DNA of 59,536 bases, filler included, from Stramenopiles sp. TOSAG23-2 (Eukaryota): assembly GCA_900128395.1 (NCBI GenBank). It is 4 parts of 4 records of this genome, joined end to end, with 100 filler letters (N's around TTAATTAATTAA, not from the genome) between each part and the next. Parts side by side here need not be neighbours in the genome. Positions count along the whole stretch, not along the records: positions 1 to 14,828 come from LT649742.1; positions 14,929 to 29,736 come from LT649743.1; 2 more parts are not named here. One strand, 5' to 3'. The notes below the pieces were generated by a model. The model saw nothing but the letters and a program-made list of their open reading frames with translations, was not told the DNA's origin and did not search any database. The position numbers were made by a program, and so were the translations under genes. Below are positions 10,383 through 20,489 of this stretch, in pieces (position 1 is the first letter of the stretch; the number at the start of each line of letters is the position of its first letter).

Positions 10383-13300
10383 TTACCACGTATTTTCAAC
10401 AATAAAATGAGTTTTTTGTTTGTCATCATACCCTTTTACATCAATAAGACCTCTTTCTTCAAAACCAAATGTTGTGATATCTGACTGCTTCTTTGTCCAA
10501 TACTGACGAACAATGTTGACAGTTGCATCACTGCAATGGACACGACCTGGAATGCCATTACTCTCCATTTTCATTGCATAGTTCACACTGTCACCAAATA
10601 AATGATAACGAGGGTCCTTCACACCAACTACAGCAGCAATTACTGGACCGGTATGAACACCAATGCGGATTTGAACATTTGCTTCCATCAATTTCGGGTC
10701 CTCGATTTTCATATCTTCAATAGCGACAAGCATTAAAAGTGCCGATTCCGCAGCTTTGATAGCATGATCCTCAGATGGTGTAGGGCAGCCACCAACACAA
10801 TAATATGCGTCACCAATGATTTCAACTTTATATAAGTTTGTACGATCTGTTATTATATCAAATTTATTGTACATCCTATTTAAAAAGCCAACCAATTCAA
10901 TTGGTGATACTTGTGAAGAATACGCTGTAAATCCTTTCATATCTGTAAAAACGATTGAAACAGAGTCAAAATAATCAGCTATAATTTCACGCTCCCGCGT
11001 CTTTAATTCATGCACAATCGTTTCTGGTAATAGTTTTAATAGCATATTTGTCGTACGTTTATCTTCTGCCTCGTATGCCTTATTTGATATATTAATTTCT
11101 GCTGATAAAAATTGTGCAGATCGTAAATATGTTTCACGAACTACAATTGGTGGCAATATAATAGCGATAGTGAAAAACACATATTGGGAAACTGTGAAAG
11201 TCTCATTTCCTGGGGAGAAGCAGTAATCTTCCCTTCTATACCCAAAATTTATAAAATATACCATAAATGGAAATGCGATACCATAACCAACTGCCCATAA
11301 AATACGTAAATATAAACGTAAATAGGAGGCATTTAACAAAAGTGTTACAGACATGACTGTAACGAAATGACCAGGATTACCACCTAACACACTAAAAGTA
11401 ATTAATGCACATGCGGCAAAGATATAATATAACAATGGAACGATACTTTGACACCGCAAGCAACGATGATCTGCTAAGTGTTCCTTTGCCTTCGGGTGAA
11501 ACGTTAATCCCAAGAAAATCGATCCAATTGGCACGAAAATTCCAAAACGAACAATTATAAATATATCTAATTGTTTTTGCAACTTTTCGCTTGCATCCTC
11601 CTGCACAATCCACATGCATTCATTATCAGTCACATTCATGGTATTCCGACAGATTTTATTATTACTATCCCATTGGCATAGTGGAATTGATGGGTTTTCA
11701 TTATATCCATACGATTGAATGCAATATTTTTCATTATTGGAAAACTCAGAAGAGCAATAATCACTACTCGCTGTAGGATCGTAATTTTGACGTCGTTGAA
11801 CATCCAAAATAATGCTCGCCGCTACCAAGACGATACTCAACAATACAACAACCCTGAAAGATTTCGTGTACTGACTTTGGTATTGATCAAAAAAAATTCT
11901 TTCCATCAGATCATGTTCAATAACAACTTCTTCAGTAGGTACTTCAGAAAACTTTTTCGATATGCACCGACACGTAGCAGGGGCATATGGCTTACCCCAC
12001 ATTGCTCTCCATGCAAATGCAAATCCAGTTCGTGAAATTTCCACATTGGTGGATTTGCGCGAAATTCGACTACGTAATGAAATTTCTGAGCTTAGCCGAC
12101 TTCCTCCCCTTATGAATTTATTTTTCGATTCCCTGGTGTTGGATGGTGTGTACCCACAATTGTTTACCGATTCAAGGATATATTTGTCCAAGCGTTTACC
12201 GATTACATGTTGGACATGGTCCACTTCTAAATTTAGCTCCGACCCAATGATACTTCTTTTCAATACATCTGGGCCAATAGGAATGTTTTCCCCTTTCTCA
12301 TTACTCACACCATCGTTTACTACTTCCCCTTTATCAACGAGCATCTCTTCTTCCTGCAACACGGGCATGAAGTATTTCATTTTATGCCGTGCATTAACAT
12401 TTATACCTTCAACCAGAAAAGGTTTCATTACACCTTTCCCCTTGACTTGTATTTCACCACGTTCTTTTACGATAAAAACATCTTGTGGGTACAATGCAAC
12501 AGTTGATGGAGATGCTTGCACTTTACCATATGGACAAGTGCTTTCCATCCTGCTTGCAGTATTTACAGTATCACCAAATAATTTGTAACGTGGTGCTTTG
12601 TTCCCACAGACACCAGCAACGATTGGGCCACTATTCAAACCTATATGTATATCGATTTTATTTGCAAACTTTTCGCCATAGATTTCAAGCAAATCTGCTC
12701 GGGTATTGTCCATGCTATGAATCATACTTAACGCCATTCTCGTAGCTAAACATGCATGGTTTGTAGCTTTTTTTGGTGCACCGCCAACTACCATGTATAC
12801 CTCCCCGACAGTTTCAACTTTGTGAACAAAATGTTCATCAATCATATCATCGAATGTGGTATAAATTGTATTTAACACACGAACTAAAGCCCGTGGACCA
12901 TCTTTCTCACCATACCTTGTTTGCAACAAACTGGTTAATTTATTAAAATTGCAAACTTCGCAAAATAAGACGGTAACGCTGTCGTATGGATCAGCAAAAT
13001 CTTTTTCACCACGATATAATCGATAAATAATTTTTGCTGGTAAAATACTGCTAAGGAGCAATGAGGAGATTTCTTTATTATGCTTTGCCCTTTTCAATTG
13101 TTTCACCATTGTATATGATACAAGGACATCTTCTTGCAAAAAGGTTAAATATTTATACCGATAGAACAGAAACAACATGCACATTGCACCTAAAGAAAGC
13201 CAATGTTGGACCCACTTAAAACCCCTTAAACGTTCGCTGGCAACCATTGCAGGTATATAAACGATCCATAAAACAGTCGTCAATATGCAACAAGTAGCAA

Positions 13301-14363
13301 AATGCAACGGTGCAAAAATAATCATGATACCTAAAAATAGGCCAAAAACGCCATAACTACCACCTTCTGATTGATATGAATATGCGGTTATGGATAGACC
13401 TACAACAAAGGTCATGATAGTGATGAACCTTCGTCGAATTTTATTGTCCCAATAAAATTTCGTTTTTGTAAATACATAAAGCAAAATTAAACTAGGGATC
13501 ATGATGCCTAATTTCGTTATCAAAATTAATGTAAGTTTTGTACCTTCAAAATTCATAATGTCATAAATAACATACAATAACAGCCCCAAAATACTAACAA
13601 GAAACCAAAATTGCATTGGTTCATGATGTACCTTTGCAAGTTTCAGATCACAAAAATCCGTCAATGGCTCTAAAAACTTTCCTTTATAATAGTATCCAAA
13701 TGAAAAAGGGTACATGTCCACCAAATCGCTTCGCATCGCATCTTTATCTGCTACTGCCCCCTTTGATAAACAATATAGCATACTGGCGGTACGAAAATGA
13801 GGTGCTCTGGTTTCAAATTGCAAAGACTCTAAAGCACTATCTAATGTTACTTCATGTCCAGAACTACTTATTTCACTAAGGTCTTCAAACTCTTGTATTG
13901 ACTCAGTAACCGATCTTCTTTTTCTTTTGCTATGTTTCATTGATGATGATGATGATGGTCGTTTTATATCGGGGTCGTTTACATTTTCAGCAAAAAAATT
14001 TAAACTTTTTGATTCCTCATCTGGTATGTTATTATTATTATTATTATTATCTGACAATTCTTTTTGGGCTTCTTCCAGTAATCCTTTTACAGCATGGAAA
14101 GATTGCCGTTTTGCTTTTTTTACACCACCATAAACTTCTGCATCATATAATGAATAATGCAATGACTTTCTAGCTTTTCTTGTTCTACCATTTGGATTGG
14201 GCGATGATTTCCATTTATTTAAACCTGAACTAATATTATTATTCTTATTATTATCTACATTAATACGAACCTCAGACGACGAAGTTGTTTCTGACATACT
14301 TAAAGATTTCTCCAGTTTAACTTCTTCATCATTTTCATTTCCAACTTTTGGATCTTCTTCCAT
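10383..14363 (-). CDS. 12-TM class III nucleotidyl cyclase with two catalytic domains, probably guanylyl cyclase
   Basis: Two TM clusters, each followed by a cyclase domain (KVETVGE..PRYKLFGDTVNTASRME; FTDMKGF..KVEIIGD..PRYHLFGDSVN). Confidence 0.92.
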   Translation of the reverse strand: MEEDPKVGNENDEEVKLEKSLSMSETTSSSEVRINVDNNKNNNISSGLNKWKSSPNPNGRTRKARKSLHYSLYDAEVYGGVKKAKRQSFHAVKGLLEEAQKELSDNNNNNNNIPDEESKSLNFFAENVNDPDIKRPSSSSSMKHSKRKRRSVTESIQEFEDLSEISSSGHEVTLDSALESLQFETRAPHFRTASMLYCLSKGAVADKDAMRSDLVDMYPFSFGYYYKGKFLEPLTDFCDLKLAKVHHEPMQFWFLVSILGLLLYVIYDIMNFEGTKLTLILITKLGIMIPSLILLYVFTKTKFYWDNKIRRRFITIMTFVVGLSITAYSYQSEGGSYGVFGLFLGIMIIFAPLHFATCCILTTVLWIVYIPAMVASERLRGFKWVQHWLSLGAMCMLFLFYRYKYLTFLQEDVLVSYTMVKQLKRAKHNKEISSLLLSSILPAKIIYRLYRGEKDFADPYDSVTVLFCEVCNFNKLTSLLQTRYGEKDGPRALVRVLNTIYTTFDDMIDEHFVHKVETVGEVYMVVGGAPKKATNHACLATRMALSMIHSMDNTRADLLEIYGEKFANKIDIHIGLNSGPIVAGVCGNKAPRYKLFGDTVNTASRMESTCPYGKVQASPSTVALYPQDVFIVKERGEIQVKGKGVMKPFLVEGINVNARHKMKYFMPVLQEEEMLVDKGEVVNDGVSNEKGENIPIGPDVLKRSIIGSELNLEVDHVQHVIGKRLDKYILESVNNCGYTPSNTRESKNKFIRGGSRLSSEISLRSRISRKSTNVEISRTGFAFAWRAMWGKPYAPATCRCISKKFSEVPTEEVVIEHDLMERIFFDQYQSQYTKSFRVVVLLSIVLVAASIILDVQRRQNYDPTASSDYCSSEFSNNEKYCIQSYGYNENPSIPLCQWDSNNKICRNTMNVTDNECMWIVQEDASEKLQKQLDIFIIVRFGIFVPIGSIFLGLTFHPKAKEHLADHRCLRCQSIVPLLYYIFAACALITFSVLGGNPGHFVTVMSVTLLLNASYLRLYLRILWAVGYGIAFPFMVYFINFGYRREDYCFSPGNETFTVSQYVFFTIAIILPPIVVRETYLRSAQFLSAEINISNKAYEAEDKRTTNMLLKLLPETIVHELKTREREIIADYFDSVSIVFTDMKGFTAYSSQVSPIELVGFLNRMYNKFDIITDRTNLYKVEIIGDAYYCVGGCPTPSEDHAIKAAESALLMLVAIEDMKIEDPKLMEANVQIRIGVHTGPVIAAVVGVKDPRYHLFGDSVNYAMKMESNGIPGRVHCSDATVNIVRQYWTKKQSDITTFGFEERGLIDVKGYDDKQKTHFIVENTW

Positions 14364-14828
14364 CTTTATTGTTATTTAATTTATTTTACACAACAAGCTT
14401 TGAAATATATATATATATATATATGTTTGTATGTATTCTTTTCTATGTGTTCTACAAATAATGATGGATATATATATGTATTATATATATCCATCATTAG
14501 CCAAATAAGGAGAATGTAAAAAAAGGTCAAATTTTACGAAGTTAATGGTATACCATCCATTATTATAGTAGATATATTATAAATTATTGCACTACTTATT
14601 ACTATTATTTTTACTATTAACACCTGCTACTATTGCTATTGTGTGATGTAGAGACGATCGCGATATGCACATATTATTATTCTTCTAGAATATTAAACAA
14701 CTAAAAAAATACATTGTGTGTCCAAGGCTCCTCCTTAACAATACTATTCTTTGTACTTAAATTTTAAAAAAATCCTATCATTTTCATAAATGGCACTTTA
14801 TCGATAGGTATCCTACTTCACTTACAAT

Positions 14829-14928
14829 NNNNNNNNNNNNNNNNNNNNNNNNNNNNNNNNNNNNNNNNNNNNTTAATTAATTAANNNNNNNNNNNNNNNN
14901 NNNNNNNNNNNNNNNNNNNNNNNNNNNN
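14829..14928. other. Synthetic contig spacer
   Basis: N44-TTAATTAATTAA-N44; the linker has stops in all six frames. Confidence 0.97.
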
Positions 14929-15383
14929 AGTATATTACTAATCGTGATGTGAATGGCTACAGAGATGATATGACATTGAAAGATATGGTGAGTCAAGTCG
15001 GTAGTACTAGTCTTGGTAATGAACGTACACCTTTAATGATGGCTGCATCAAACGAACATTTCCAAACAGTTAAATATTTAATTGAACAAGGTGAAACTGA
15101 TCCTAATATTGCAAATAGTGTTGGAGAGAATGCATTACATTTTGCAGCACGTATTAACAGAACAAATACTGAGTTGATTGGATTATTATTAACTAATATG
15201 CCTCTTAATAGCATTAATAAGAAGACGTCCAGGGGACACACTCCCCTGGACTATGCATATATTAATTATAGTCCAATTCGCCGAGAGATCATTGCACTTT
15301 TACGTTTAAAAGGTGGAAAAGCAAATTATTATGATGCAAATGGTAGAAATGTAGGAAGAGGTAATGGTGATTTAAATCATTAA
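14929..15383 (+). CDS. Ankyrin-repeat protein of a multicopy family, 5'-truncated
   Basis: TPLMMAA, GENALHFAA and TPLDYA repeats; C-terminal GGKANYYDANG is shared with the copy at 41690-42416. Frame is open from the contig start. Confidence 0.85.
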
Positions 15384-15629
15384 AACAGGAGAGGAGAGAT
15401 AAAGTGCGTGTGTGTCTAGATGTGTTCATTGTATCTTCCATTTTTTTATAAACACACACAATATCATGATAATGATACAAAAATATCTCTCTCACTTTCT
15501 ATAATATGTCTCCCATATAAATACAAAAACAGATTGACAGCCTGATTTTTTCATCTTAATAACCATATACGATCGTATCATAAATGTCTGAACAAAACTT
15601 CATGCATATAAATATAATATATATAACGA

Positions 15630-17612
15630 TCATTTTCCCACACCTTTTAACATACCCCATTTTTTTAAACGTTTTAATCTTTTCCATTTACTATGTACAA
15701 TACCAACTAATTTTTCAGTTGATGCAATTTCTTTTTCAATACCTTTAACATTTTTTAAATATAATTTTTCATTAAATTGTTTAACAAGATTTTGTACCCG
15801 TCGATGTTCCATAATAATGGTTGTTGGTGGAAATTCATTGTTTTTTAAACGTTCTGTTAAACAATGTGAACACATGGTAACGATGCCTCCTAATTGTTTC
15901 ACATCAACTGTTTTGGGTGTTCGCATCAATGTGATACAAAATGGGCATGCAAGATCATAAAATATACCTTCCGTTGCTTCTTTTACTTTACGCCATTTTT
16001 TTGACATGACTTGTACTGCATGGATTAATTTTGGATCTAATGGTATATCTTCTTTTTCTTGTAATTGTTTCAATTTATATTTTAACTTCTTTAATTTTTC
16101 ATTTTTTTTATTTAATATATCCTGATTGGATTTTAAATATTTCCTAATTTTTTCACTTTCACGACTTTGTAGAAGAAAAATATCATCAAACAATTCTGTT
16201 TCATATTTAATCGCTTCATTTAAATTATTTTGTATCGTTTTAAATTTTGCACGTTGTAAATGCATTTCCACTTTATAACGTTCTTGTAAATGTGCTAATT
16301 TTGTTTCTTTTGTATATCTGGATTCAGTTTCAATTTCTATTTTTTGACGAAATCGATTGACTAATTCTGTCGTACGTCGAACGTCTACAAAACCAGATTG
16401 TTTCAATTCAACGATTTCATCCGTTAATTCAGAAATCCAACGTTTAAATTGTTCTTTAATCCAATCTTTTGCACGATTACCTTGACGTTTTAAACTAGTG
16501 GATTTGAAATTAAAACGACGTGTTTGTTGTACTAATTTACGTTGAAAGACACGTGTTACATGTTCACCCCATTCATATGTACGTTTTTCAATTTCATCAT
16601 TTAAACGATCATCATGTAAAGTATGTCCCGTGATCATGTTTATATTGTTATTATTATGTATAGAATTATGTTCTTGTTGCTGTTGAGAAGTTGATAATCT
16701 ACTACTACCATCATCATATATAGTACTAATATTATTAATATTATTATTTTTCATCATATTCTGTTTTGATGGATTTGGTGTTAATACAACAGATGAACCT
16801 GGTGTTGTCCATGCTGTACCATAATTCCCCGCATCGTCGTCTTCTTCTTCTTCTTCTGATGCTTGTTGTTGTATTTCTTGTTGAACATCGTTATTATTAT
16901 CATAAAATGTATTATTAATATAGTTATTTGTATGGATTTCTGGTCGTTCTTCAACGTCATTGTTATTATTATTATTATTATTATGAATTTGTTGATCTAA
17001 TACTGATGGTGTAGTAGTAATAATAGTATTAATAATATTTCGACTTCGTGTATTTTTTTTATTTGATGGTGCGATAATGGTTTGTATATTACCATTACGT
17101 ATATTATTCATTAATTCAGTACGTTTATTTAAATGTTTCATTGCTTGTTTCAAACGCCTTTCTTGTGTTGTAGTTTCTTTTTGAAATAATTGTTGACGTC
17201 TTTCACGTGGGTTTTTATGGTTTGTTAATGTTTTTTGAATATTATTTGCAGATGGACGTTTTGGTTTTCTTCTATTATTATTATTATTATAAGTATCTTG
17301 CTGTTGTTGTAATTTCATTTGAAAATATTGTTTTGTATATATTTGTCTATTTTTATTTTTTAAGTCGTGTATACGTCCATGTATTTTATTTGGTGTTGTT
17401 GTACGTATATATTTTGCATTTTTAGCAGATGATGAATGTAGATTTGTTGCATCGTTTGTTATACCTTTACGTATAATTGTTGTTTTTTTATTTTTATATT
17501 TTGATGGTACTTGTACTAATTGTACATTAACTTGTGGAAATTGTTTTGCAACCGATGGTATAGCTGGATATCCTCTCTCCAGCCCTTCCACTATATTTCG
17601 TATTGGCCACAT
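15630..17612 (-). CDS. Asn/Gln-rich coiled-coil protein with C-terminal degenerate RING/U-box-like domain
   Basis: 660-aa ORF; LACPFC..MRTP...MCSHCL...HRRVQNLVKQF. Confidence 0.7.
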   Translation of the reverse strand: MWPIRNIVEGLERGYPAIPSVAKQFPQVNVQLVQVPSKYKNKKTTIIRKGITNDATNLHSSSAKNAKYIRTTTPNKIHGRIHDLKNKNRQIYTKQYFQMKLQQQQDTYNNNNNRRKPKRPSANNIQKTLTNHKNPRERRQQLFQKETTTQERRLKQAMKHLNKRTELMNNIRNGNIQTIIAPSNKKNTRSRNIINTIITTTPSVLDQQIHNNNNNNNNDVEERPEIHTNNYINNTFYDNNNDVQQEIQQQASEEEEEDDDAGNYGTAWTTPGSSVVLTPNPSKQNMMKNNNINNISTIYDDGSSRLSTSQQQQEHNSIHNNNNINMITGHTLHDDRLNDEIEKRTYEWGEHVTRVFQRKLVQQTRRFNFKSTSLKRQGNRAKDWIKEQFKRWISELTDEIVELKQSGFVDVRRTTELVNRFRQKIEIETESRYTKETKLAHLQERYKVEMHLQRAKFKTIQNNLNEAIKYETELFDDIFLLQSRESEKIRKYLKSNQDILNKKNEKLKKLKYKLKQLQEKEDIPLDPKLIHAVQVMSKKWRKVKEATEGIFYDLACPFCITLMRTPKTVDVKQLGGIVTMCSHCLTERLKNNEFPPTTIIMEHRRVQNLVKQFNEKLYLKNVKGIEKEIASTEKLVGIVHSKWKRLKRLKKWGMLKGVGK

Positions 17613-18323
17613 GTTGTTGTTGGTGGTGGTGGTGGTGGTGGTGGTGGTGGGTAATAATTGGTTGATATTGTCTTGGTTTGTTTGTGTCTATCTGCACATA
17701 TGTATGGCTGTATTTATTATGAAAGGTAAAAAATAATTGGTTCACATAATAAAAATATAACTGCTCTCGTCGTTGCTAGTAAAGCTGGACGGAAAGAAGT
17801 CTGGAAGTCCAGAAAAGTCTGGAAGTCTTTGGCCAACATTCCAACACATCTTCCGAAAATGTACTAATTTATCTTGCTATTGTATATAAACATATAATAA
17901 TGTTAAAGTGAAAAAAACAACACAAAAACTCTGTATGCCTGTATAATATGTCTGTGTAAAAACAATATTAAACGCCACCCACCCCTTCCCGGTTTCTTTC
18001 CATCTTTTTGTAGTATTCTAATTCTCCGTATTCTAATCTCATTCAAGTATAAATATATGGTGAGTTAATAGGGTAATTTTCGTCGAATAATAATATCTAA
18101 TAATATTTTGATATATAGATTTACATATGATTTTGTATAACAAAGGATCACATATATCGTAAAATGGTGTGTACAATTATATATATATCTGAATCATTTC
18201 ATTATTATTATTACAACATATATTACATAATATAATAGTGGAAAATAATAATCATAACAATAATACAACAATAACGACTGGAAAAATTATTTTCTTTCGT
18301 TTGAAAAACTAAAAATATAAATC

Positions 18324-19481
18324 ATGATGTTACGACAAATTATAAATGTAAGAAAATATGGTAGAAGCAATAAAATGAATAAAAGAACTATGAGGACTAC
18401 ATTTGAACATCAAATCATATTAGCAACTAGATCTTTCCACGCTACGACATCTACATCCAATGAAGATGCGATAATCAATGCATCGCAAACATCTAGTGGT
18501 ATTATCGTCGATCCATATTTACGTATTAAACAAGCACCATCATTTTTCTCTGCACCATTAGCTCGTATAAGTCATATGAGGAAACAAACATGGAAAGGTG
18601 TTAAATCAATATATGCTAGTACAATTGTGAAAAAAGAACTTGGTACGGAACCGCATAAATTTATTGATGACGCGGAAGATATATTTGTACAGTTTCATCA
18701 AGCATATAGCCAAGGAAATAAAAAGGTAGTGCGTGAATTAGTCACACCTGAATTATACCAATCATTAAAAGTTGGATTTAAAGGTAATTGGGCATTAGCA
18801 AATACGGATGATACACCATTGGAATTTCATCAAATCAATTTGCAAAGACGTGCTGGTATACCACAATGTCGTTTATATTATCCAGATTATAAACGTGATA
18901 AAAGTGTTGGATATGCACAATTAACTGTGGTGATTTCCTCAATACAAAAACGTAGTGATAAATTTATTGTACCGCCAAAGATTAAAGAATTAACAAATCA
19001 TCGTAGTAATAATAGTGGTGGCAATGCGAATGTTGATATTGTAAATGGTGTATGGAAAGAAGAATTTGATGAACAAACTGGTTTACCATATTATTGGCAT
19101 ACAAAAACACGTGATGTACAATGGGAACGCCCATCAACATACATGGAAACATTTACGGAATTATATAATACACCAGATGATTTTACAGAAATAACTGTGG
19201 AAAAAGCCGATGGTTCAATTATTAGTGGTTCAATTGAAGAAGAAGAAGAGAATATATCACCATCACCACCACCACCAGCAGCAAATGAAAAGAAAAAAAA
19301 GAAGAAAAAAAAGAAACGTAGAAAACGTACAATTGATGATGATGTAAATGATGGAACAACACAAATGGTGGATGGTAGTAAAGATCAAAACACAAATTAT
19401 TTTTACAATATTGATAATATATTAGTCTTTGAACGTCCATTTCATAATAAAAATGTGCAATGGAGGTTAATGAAGATATGA
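18324..19481 (+). CDS. MRPL45: Mitochondrial Tim44-fold protein (mL45/Mba1-like) with inserted WW domain
   Basis: Arg-rich presequence; FIDDAEDIF..AYSQGNK..RELVT, YAQLTV and VFER..WRL motifs; WW motif WKEEFDEQTGLPYYWHTKTRDVQWERP. Confidence 0.65.
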   Translation: MMLRQIINVRKYGRSNKMNKRTMRTTFEHQIILATRSFHATTSTSNEDAIINASQTSSGIIVDPYLRIKQAPSFFSAPLARISHMRKQTWKGVKSIYASTIVKKELGTEPHKFIDDAEDIFVQFHQAYSQGNKKVVRELVTPELYQSLKVGFKGNWALANTDDTPLEFHQINLQRRAGIPQCRLYYPDYKRDKSVGYAQLTVVISSIQKRSDKFIVPPKIKELTNHRSNNSGGNANVDIVNGVWKEEFDEQTGLPYYWHTKTRDVQWERPSTYMETFTELYNTPDDFTEITVEKADGSIISGSIEEEEENISPSPPPPAANEKKKKKKKKKRRKRTIDDDVNDGTTQMVDGSKDQNTNYFYNIDNILVFERPFHNKNVQWRLMKI

Positions 19482-20121
19482 AAACATTGAAATTGCGTAA
19501 AGAAAAAAAGACGGCAATATTTGTGACATGCCCAGAGAATATGGTGAAAAATATGGTGGTATCGGGCATAAGTTGCCCGGATACTTGACGTATTCTAAGG
19601 CTTCTATCTAAAATATTGACCATTAAATTTTATACTGTATGTACTCTTATTTACCTATGAAAAACTGTGTAATGGATGAGCGATCACACTTTTTCACAAA
19701 TAATTGGTCTATTTCAGGTCCTCCAATGCTTTATTATAATCTCCGAACCTAGAAGGATCTAGGAGCAGACCTTCGACCTCGGAAATCGACTTATCTCACT
19801 TTATGCCTTTAGACAATTTCCAGATCGAAAAATTGAAAATAAAAATGTTTTTACATGCCTTGGTGTTGAAAAAAATAAAAAAAAATAAATAATTGCTTCA
19901 TGTTTGGTCAATAACGTGTATCTCTGCAAGTTATTGGCCAATATTAAAATACAATGACAGCGCAAAATTTGTAAATTTAACCATTAATAGATGAAGTTCA
20001 TCTAATACTTTAAGCAAAGACGACGCCCAGTAACAACCAAATGAAGTACCACAAACAACTACAACTTTTGATTCTTCTGAATCTATAAACCACGTATAAT
20101 TCGCCATTGTGTCATTTCACT

Positions 20122-20455
20122 CTTTCTGTTGATCAAAACAAATATTCTTTATATATTGTGTATTGTGTATAAAATCACCGTCGTGCCCTTTATAAAAATG
20201 CTCAATTTCCCACAGTGCGTTAATTCATTAGCATCTTCTTGGTTTATAAAAATAAAAATAATATGTGTGCGTCTGAAATTTTTTAAAAATAAGGTCACTA
20301 AAATCACCGTCGTGCCCTTTATAAAAATGCTCAATTCCCAGAGTGCGTTTATGGCATTAGCATCTTCTTGGTTTATAAAAATAAAAATAATATGTGTGCG
20401 TCTGAAATTTTTTAAAAATAAGGTCACTCTACAGATTACGATTGTCCGGGTCTTA
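20122..20455 (-). repeat. Dispersed repeat family B containing a 2 x ~129-bp tandem duplication (20170-20428)
   Basis: aaaatcaccgtcgtgccctttataaaaatgctcaatt... occurs twice here and as reverse complement at 44516-44636. Confidence 0.9.
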
Positions 20456-20489
20456 CTCTCTTTTATTTTTTACAAACATTTTTTTTTAA

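Noticed and set aside
11962..12588. Long antisense ORFs (also 28155-28571, 33944-34525, 50007-50477)
   Set aside because: Shadow frames of well-supported genes, with no motifs of their own.
14829..14928. TTAATTAATTAA palindrome recurring every ~14.9 kb
   Set aside because: Synthetic linker within N runs; the periodicity reflects size-sorted contigs.
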